64,000 bases of DNA. Origin: the human T2T-CHM13v2.0 reference genome, Homo sapiens. Positions 55,428-64,000 of the stretch are shown one piece after another. How positions within the stretch are numbered: the stretch's first letter is position 1; each line of letters starts with the position of its first letter. Position numbers and translations under genes: made by a program. The stretch is from assembly GCF_009914755.1 (NCBI RefSeq), contig NC_060929.1; one strand, given 5' to 3'. The notes beneath the pieces were generated by a model. The model ran no database searches. It worked only from the letters and a program-made list of their open reading frames with translations, and had not been told where the DNA came from.

Positions 55428-55560
55428 AGCCAGGTTCAGTGGCTCACACCTATAATCCCAGCTACTAGGGAGGCTGAGGCAGGAGGATCACTGCAGCCCA
55501 GGAGTTTAATACCAGCCCAAGCAACATAGAGGGATGCCCCACCCCAGTGTTAAAAAACAA
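55428..55560 (+). mobile_element. FLAM / free left Alu monomer
   Basis: About 130-bp monomer with A tail; TSD attaggtaga on both sides. Confidence 0.85.
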
Positions 55561-56765
55561 ATTAGGTAGAACACAGTAAAAACGAAAGGCATATTTTTCC
55601 ACTGAACACATTTAGGTTTGTGGAAGAGTCACTCATAGATGTTGTTTTTCTTTTGCCAAATGATGGTGAAAGCTTTACCACTCACTGCCCTTGTCCAGGG
55701 ATTAGCTGCTGGGAAGAATGAGCATTTTGGTATTGTGGGAGTGATGCTTTCAGTGAATAAAGAAGCAGGGCTGGATGCCGGGAAGGTAAACTAGATCGAG
55801 ACCCTAAAGTGCCTTTAATGCCAAACCAAGAGATTCACAGACTCAGCTCAAAGGTGATATTTTCTGTGAAGCTTTTTCTGATCCTTACCCCCAACTCCTC
55901 ACCACCACCCCTTGCCAGCCTCTAGGTCCAACAACTCCCTCTCCTGCCTTTCTCAGACTTCAACTGAGTGGTACTACATGATGTGTGGATTCATCTGCCG
56001 TTTACCCTTGGGAATTCTGGAGACGCAGAATCACGTGTCTATTTCCGCATCCCTACCATCTAACCCAGCAGCACAGTAGGTGGGAATAACTGATTGATGG
56101 ATGAATGGGTTCATCAATATATGAAAACATGAGCACATTAGAAGGATGGATAATGCAACCTCTAAAGTATAGCTTAGTATTTAAAAGAATGAACTAGGCA
56201 TCATGAAGGGTTTCAAAATGCCCACGTTTGAATTCTGGCTCTGTTTCTGCCTCGCTATGTGAACTTGGGCAAATTACTGAACACGCCTGTGCCTCCGTTT
56301 CCTTGTGTGTAAAAACAGAATTATAATGGCATCCATGAGTTTATTATAATAATTAAGTGAATGCGTAAAAGTAAACCATGGCACCTGGCTCAATAATTTT
56401 TAGCTACTTTTAATGTTGTTGCTGTTATCTCCAGTATCATTCTGAATAAAACAGGTATGAAAGTTAATAACCACATTAAACCCTCAGAGCTGAGACCTCA
56501 CTAGTTCCCTGGGCTCCAAGCCCTGTGCCCTAATCACCAGTCCGCCTTCTCTTGATGCACTCTTGAACTAGTTCACTGCAGATAAAATGTCTTCACCTAC
56601 TACTAAGGACTTTAAAAAGTTTGCTTTCCAGGCTGTTCTAAAAGGGTTGCAGGTCTTCGGAGGAAGCTGCCATGAAATTGGTTCTAATGAGGAGCCAGGC
56701 ACTTAGGAAAGAAACTCTTGCTCATCAATGGCTAGCATTTGTTGAGCAATTACTATGTGCTAGGT

Positions 56766-57051
56766 CAGAAGCGGGCAAACTGCAATCAACAGGCAAATCT
56801 AGCTTATTGCCTGTTTTTGTCGGGTTTGTGAACTAAAAATAGTTTCTAAATTTTTAAATACTTAAAAAATCAAGAGAAGCGTAATATTTTATGACATACA
56901 AAAATTATAAGAATGCAAACTTCTGTAAATAAGGTTTTATTGGAACACAGCCACACCCCTTCATCTGTGTATTGTCTGTGGCTGCTTTAGTGGCCACACA
57001 CTTAAATTATTTTCTAGCCGACCCTTTACAGAGAAAGCTTGTTGATTCCTG
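56766..57051. mobile_element. MER58-type hAT-Charlie element
   Basis: ggcaaact...aataaggttttattggaacacagccacacc...ccctttacagagaaagcttgttgattcctg. Confidence 0.8.
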
Positions 57052-57934
57052 TGCTAGTTGCTCTTTTGAGTTTTACCTGGGTTACCCCATGGACCAAAGT
57101 GCACTTACTGATCTCATTTGCAGTTGGGAAACAGATGCTTATAGGCAACTAGTAACTTACACCAGGTCACACATAAAGTAGGTGGCAGAAATGGGGTATG
57201 AGAGCTGAAACACTCATCAAAGATGAGTGACAGCTTTCCCCTTCAGTTGAATTTTTCCTAAGAATCATCAGCCTTGTTCATTCCTCTCAAAGAAAGATAA
57301 ATGACTCTTGCTATCAGAAGGACTGAAATTAAGTGGAGAGGGGAGGATGCTTTTGCAACAGCTGAATAAACCAGATGGTGGCAGGGGGTTGGGTGGCACA
57401 CATAGGACCCAGTTGCTCCAGATGCATGATGGGGAGTGGAGGGGTGGTGGTCAGAGTCAGAGGAGGGTGATGATTATCAGACAGCCAAGCAGCATCCTGA
57501 GTGGCAGGCAAGGGGTCCATTGCACAGGGTGTGGGCTGGGGACCAGTCTGGGACTAGGAGGCTCTGGGGGAATTGCAGAAATCTATGCTTCTGAGAAGGC
57601 TCCAAGAGACGTCAGAAAGAAGGCCAGGGCAGGGTGAACAGGGTACTTCCTGCCCAGGTCACTCCTGCCCCGGGTAGTTCCTGTGGGCTTCTTCCTTGAA
57701 GCTTTACCCCTGCATTCTACATCCCATCCCTGAGCTGGCTCATCTCAGGGTCTAGCTTGAGCCAAGCAAACCAGACACAGGATTTGGAAGCACCTGTGGG
57801 GAAAAGACCCTTCCAGAAGACAGAACTGTTTTTCAGAGTGGAGAAATGGGAGTGTGCCTGGCTGAGCCCTTATGTCATGGAACGTAGACTCTGCTAGGAG
57901 GGTTTTGTGTGTTCCATGTAATCCATATGGAACT

Positions 57935-58437
57935 TGTCAGATGGTGCAGTGGAGCACAGCCGGCCTATTTTCCCCAATACTCCTCTTTCTTCCTTAGCAA
58001 CGGGGCTCTAGTTTTATGTGGGCACATGGCTGCTGGAATAAAGACTGCATTCCTCAGAATCTCTTGTTGTGTGTGAGGCCATTTGATAGAGTCTGTCCAA
58101 AGGTCTCTAAACCACAAGTTTGTGTGACTTCCAGAAAGTGTCCTTTAAAGAGAAGGAAAGAACCCCACTGTACTCTTTACTCCTTCCTGCTAACTCCAAC
58201 TAGGACATGGTGGTTGGAGCCTAGTAGCCGTGTTGAGCCAGGAGGTGAACGCTGCTTGCTGAAGGTGAGAAAAGGGGCCTTCGGGAGGATCCCTAAAGAT
58301 TTTGAAACCATCCAACCAGACCTAGACTGCTTACTTATAGATTTTCATGTAAGAAAAAAAATACACTTTTATCTTGTTTAAGCCACTGTTACTTTGGCTT
58401 TTCTTGTACTTATAGCCAAACACAACTCTAACACATA
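57935..58437 (+). mobile_element. Old MaLR LTR (MLT1I/J-like)
   Basis: ttccttagcaac...gactgcattcctcag...ttttatcttgtttaagccactg...ctaacacataca. Confidence 0.65.
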
Positions 58438-58439
58438 CA

Positions 58440-59790
58440 ATGTAGAAACAGAGGCTCAGAGAGGTCACATGACTCTCTCAACATCACACAGTTACTAGTT
58501 AGCAGAACCAGGATTTAACACAGATCTGCCTGACTTTAAAACCTACTCCCTTTAATAATAGTGATGACTCAATGACAGCTGACATTCATTGAACACCTAC
58601 TATGTGCCAGACACTGTGCATCTTCACCAAACTGACTGGGTTTGAACCTAAGCTCTGCTATAAGCCCAGTGTCTAAGCTAAGGCAAGCTACTTAGCCTCT
58701 GCACTTCAAATTTCTCATCTGTAGATAGACTCAAACACAAGGCTGTTGAAAAAGTTAAATGAGATCACGGATGCAAAGTGCTGAGCATGATGGCTGGCAC
58801 AGAGTGGGTTCCTCATAGATGACCTCCACTTTATTTCTGGATCCTCACTGCCTTACCATAGGCACAGGAAAGGCACCCAAGCAATGCCCACTGCATAGAT
58901 GCCAGTAGCTGTCAGCTGCTCTTGAGAAGGACAAGACAGAGGTGAGTGAATTGATTCGGTCAGTAAACATTTCTTGAACATCTAGGGTGTGTCATGGCAT
59001 GCAGGGTGCTGCTGAGGAGACACAATTCTTGGTAGATGAGAAGTTCACAGTAAAAGTGGTGGAGACCGGCAGCACGTCATGGGTGTCGTGGGAGAACAAC
59101 ATGGGGAAAGTGCTCAAGAGGTCAGGATCCATCCCTCATCCAAATTAGAACAAGGTTCTGAGGGACACACCTGCAACCTGGGGAGACCACAGAACAGAAA
59201 TCAGGTGAGTTTAGAGACCCAGCCCTCTGGCCAGTGAAGTCATAAGATGGATTCCAGAGAGCTTTCTGCCAGCTGGCCATGGTGGTCACATGTCTTTGTT
59301 GGGATTTTGGTTAGCTCAGAAGAAAGGGGGAGGCGTTGAGAGGCACCATGTGGGAAAGTCTCTTCGGCAAAGAATGTGGTTCCAGGGAAGATGATAATGA
59401 CTCTGACCTGGTCATCACCCAGTGGAAGAGAATGAAATCACATGCCCTTAGCAATAAAAAGCATCAATCTGGATTATCCATCTCCTAAATAATATCATCT
59501 AAAGACACATAAGTGCTGGAGTTGAGAGGTAGTGGTAAGAACACGGAATCTGAAGTACAAAAGCTTATGTTCAAAGCTTTTATTCTTTCATCTACTAGCT
59601 AGGAGACATCTCAAGTCAGGGAATTGCAGTCTCAGTTTCTACATCTGTTAAATGGGGATTAATTAAAAGCCTAACTTGCTGTTGTGAGGATCATGTAAAA
59701 TAATATAAGAGAAAGCACCAAATGATGGTCTTGCCATCAGGACTTTACCATCCAAATAACATCTCTAAGCTTCTATTTCCTCCTCTGGAA
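58440..59790. mobile_element. MIR/L2 fragment cluster
   Basis: aaacagaggctcagagagg (-), ggcaagctacttagcctctg (+), ctcagtttctacatctgttaaatgggg (+). Confidence 0.6.
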
Positions 59791-60440
59791 AATGTAAAGG
59801 TGTCAGGAGGATTATATTAAAGCAGGGAAAACACTCAAAGCAGCCTCTTCAAAAGTGGCAGCCACCACCCTCGTCATTAATCACAATAAGCTTCCCAGTG
59901 TCTAGGCTCCAGACTGTTTAGTTTAGAGTTTTCAGTCCATTTCAGAGAAGACAGATGTAACATGCGGTCTAGGAGCAGCCTTGGCAGTCTTCTCTGTAAA
60001 AGCAGTGCTTTCGCTTCAGCTGTCCTCACGCCAGGTGCATTTATGAAGGCTCTTGCAGAAAGCTGCACTTCATGTCCCTGGGGCTTTTCAAGCAGAGTCT
60101 TGTCTCCTCAGTCTGCCCTCAGCCCTCCTTGCAGGTGCAACTAGAAGAGAAACAAGCCTGGGGCGGGCTGGGGGACCCTCCTGCAACAGGCGGCCTGTGC
60201 AGATGAGCTGTTTGTTTAATGGGATGGGTAATCTTCATCTCCCCTAAAATGAGTGTTTAATAAGACTTTCAAGACTCTATCTTGAAAATTCTTGCTTTCT
60301 TATTCATGCCTTTTTGCTGCATACAAAAAGGGATGTCCAGTGAGATATTAGATTATTAGAAGATGAGGGTGTTCATGTGGACACCACCATGTAATAATGC
60401 ACCTTTCCCAACTGTAAGCATATCTTTCTACCATTCTTAA

Positions 60441-60780
<340 letters not shown>

Positions 60781-62247
60781 CAGATATATATTTAAAATAA
60801 TAACAAGTCTTCTCCTGACCAGTGACCAGGTAAAATTGCTTTGGGGGTTTTAAAAGTTCAGTAGTTGTATAGCCGTAGACTAAATACAGTGCCTTTAAAC
60901 TGCACTTATGAGTCTACGTGTGTGCAGATATTTAAATGAAGAGGAAGAAAGGAAATGGTGGAGAGAAAATAGAAGACCTGGCATGTGCTAGGAGGTCTAC
61001 AGGTGTTCCTATTTAATTATCAGAGACCCCTGAAATGGCATTAGTGAGCTCACTTTATAGTCAACAACAACAATAATCAAAGTAATAAAGTCATTGTGGT
61101 CGTTGCTGATGTTTATCAAACCCTTGCCATATGCCAGGCACAGTGCTAAGAGCCTTACATGCATTATCTGAGGTAGTCTCATATAACCCCAAGTGCTAAG
61201 GTGCATCACTATCCCCATTTTACACATTTGGAGACCTGCATTTATTAAACAGAAAAGCCAGGATCAAAATATGCACTCTCCATCACTGCACAGTAGGGTC
61301 AAAGGCCATGAGACCAAGATGGTAAGGCACCTCGCCTGGGATATGCAGGCAGGAGGTAAGTCAGCAGAGACTTGAACCTAGGTTTGCCCGACTGCAAAAA
61401 CTGTCCTCTCTCAGTGCACCGGAAAGGTCTTCTTAGAGGCCATGGGGGCCGATGCTATTTACTCTTGAGCCTCAAACAGCCCTGGAGGTTAGATAAACAA
61501 GAAAGGTGAGCTTTTCAATATGTCAACCCAGGCGATGTCCTATTTAACTCAAGTAAGGGCCCTGGTGATGAGTTTAGGCTTCACTGTAGGTGTCGCGGGA
61601 AGCCGTGAGCCAGAAAGTGACACGTTCTTATTAAAGGTTTTTAAAAAGCACTCAGGACTCTCTGTAGAGAACAGACTGAAAGAGTGGGAGCAGGTTGCTC
61701 ATTATATAATGTAAAGTTTCTAATTGCACAGAGACATTTTCCTTGTAAGAAAATTAAAATATTCAAATAAAGCCAAAGTCCCTCTTGACTACTACCCCCA
61801 CCTGGATGCAGTTTATGCCGTCCTGGAGGAAGCGCTGTTTCCAGGGAGCTGACAGCTTCACATCCAAGTGGTGTTGTGAGCATTACAGAAAGCAGGAATG
61901 GCATCTGGATTATTCAGTGCAGCCCCCAGCAAGCCAATCAGGGTCAGCAAGAGCAACACACACTCAGCTGACTCTCACCCAAGGTAGAAGTTTCTACAGT
62001 TCACTTTTGTATAAATGATAGATGGGAGCACAGAGGAGCATGGAACACTCTTCCCAGGGCTGTAGAAACCGAGCAAGGTAATAGAGAGTGGACAAAACCT
62101 AGAAAGACAGGGAAGGTAATGGAGATAAAGATGGGCTTTTCAGGTAACTAATAATAGAAGCTATTTATTGATGCTTGTCTTGTGCCAAGTTCTAAGCATC
62201 TAATATGCACTCACTTATTTAAATCTCACCACTCTGCAAGGCTAATA

Positions 62248-62959
62248 CAGTTGATTCTCATTATTTATGGTAGTTATGGTCTATAAAGACTCCATGAACA
62301 TTGACTTAGCAAATAATGAACCATTGCTCCTAGAAGAAGTAAAGGGTTAGGTACCTATGAGTCTCTGCTCACAACATTTTTGTCAATCAGGGTATGTAAA
62401 CTTATTGTATGTGTGTTTTTATTCAAACACTCTCTGCTCACATTTTTGTCAATCAGGGTATGTAAACTTATTGTATGTATGTTTTTATTCAAACACAGCC
62501 TATGTGATACATATTGCTGATTCACTAACACTGAATTCACAGCCTACAGCACCATAATTTATTCCTGAATGATGCTTCTCTAACACATATTTTCTCCACA
62601 AGGCATATTACAACCTTGCTTCACTTAGGAACACATGGCAGAGCTTCAGCACCAGGCTCGGGGAACTTGAAACAGAAAAATCACCAATAAAGGCACAACA
62701 GTGAGAAAAACGTGGAACTGAATATGCTGCAGAAAGGACACATATTCAGAGTATGAGAACGAAAACAAGAAGGCAGATTTTCACCTTATTCCACCTCTGC
62801 TAGGAACATGTAGGTTGAGTAACAAACGTTTCACTGTTCTGTGCATGTCCATGAATCAGTGACTTTGAAATCACCAGTATTGGTTTAGGGGCTACAAGTA
62901 AATTGCAGCAAGTAGGTGAATTTGCAACTACAGGGTTCACATATAAGGAGGGTCAACAG
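62248..62959. mobile_element. MER82 (Tigger-derived) element inserted in a MIR
   Basis: ta+cagttgattctcattattt...gaaccattgctcctag...gagggtcaacag; MIR continues on both sides (62140-63080). Confidence 0.8.
62362..62496 (+). repeat. About 69-bp near-perfect tandem duplication within MER82
   Basis: tctctgctcac(aac)atttttgtcaatcagggtatgtaaacttattgtatgtRtgtttttattcaaacac x2. Confidence 0.95.
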
Positions 62960-64000
62960 CACAATTATATCCCTATTTTACAGATGTAAAAGCCAAGGCA
63001 TAGAAAGGCCAAGTAACCACCTCAGATCTTAAAGCCAGTGAGGGTCAGAGCAGGATTATGAACTCAGCCACTCACTCACCCTGTCCACGGCACTGCCCTC
63101 TTGCCTCCTATGCCATTGGGTGGGTGCAAGGGCAGTAGATGGAAGCCTAGGGTGTCTTTGCAAGAGACACCCATGTTTGCTGTGGGCAGAACTAGTGCAA
63201 AATGGGGAGAATCAGAGCTCGGCTATCATGGGGTTTGGTTTAAAGAAGGTTATGCAAGAGACATGCACTGCACACAATTCATACTTGATAAATAGTCCCC
63301 CACCCCCTCAACACACACAGAAAATAATAAAACTCCAAAAGCCCCTGAAGACCACACACAAGGTGTCTGACCTGACAGCAGATGCTGTTAAGCCTCTTGA
63401 ATACTTCTTCCAAAGAAACCCTACTGGAAACTCTGCAGATGTACCAGATCCTATAATTTAAACATAAAATGTCCTCACTCGCACAGAAATGCCAGCAAAT
63501 ATTTTCAGATTCTTTGATCTCCATTTCAAAGCTCTGTAAAGCTTATCTGTAAAAATTGCAAAACTGGCACAAAACAAGGGAGACAAAAGATTTTTTTTAA
63601 GTGGATCCAAATGATCAGGAAAAATGAAAGTTTATTCATTTAGAAAACTCTATCAGTGGGTTAGACACCAATTAATTGCTAAGATACAGAATCCAAGAAT
63701 GCTCTGTGTTCAGTGAGATGTCATCAATTTAATACGGTGCTTTGCTAATTGAATGTATAATTTGAACAAATTCAGAAAGAGTATGTCACACTTGAACAGG
63801 TTAAGAAAGAACACAGATTAAAATATGGAGGAGTCAAGCAATCAAGATAATTTTTTAAAAGAGATTTGGAACAATAGATGCATTAAGCCACTAAGTATTA
63901 GAAAATCCCGCCCCTGGTGGATTACCAAGGTCAAAAGGAGTTGGTGGCCAAGTGAATAAAGGCCTTTCGAGGGTTTCAGTGGGAAAATTGGTTCATGGCA

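Overview
This is a repeat-dense primate (hominoid-like) non-coding window, either intergenic or inside a very large intron. I find no protein-coding exon of a host gene, no CRISPR array and no prokaryote-style system. The longer ORFs I examined come from L1 ORF2, a decayed ERVL pol, Alu, 18S rRNA or microsatellites; the others show no recognisable domain. Contents: about 12 Alu elements or monomers, two young L1PA ORF2/3'UTR insertions (one a clean twin-priming inversion with a 17-19 bp TSD), several old L1M elements, and a decayed ERVL provirus (5' LTR, protease, RT-deleted pol, RNase H, integrase). There are also MaLR/ERV1/MER11 LTRs, hAT and Tigger DNA transposons, many MIR/L2 relics and a tailless 18S rRNA retropseudogene. 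The most interesting observations: (i) the 18S fragment starts just 3' of the RT-blocking m1acp3-pseudoU1248; (ii) a recursive-splice-like CAG|GTAAGT site with a candidate RS-exon at about 33.43 kb; (iii) an in-frame 67-codon duplication of the ERVL protease C-half next to an RT-core deletion; (iv) two neighbouring L1PA copies sharing non-consensus variants; (v) a palindromic 21-bp micro-array inside a (TA)n tract. Repeat family names are from recalled consensus sequences and boundaries are approximate; no database search was run. I do not see convincing evidence of a new biological system.
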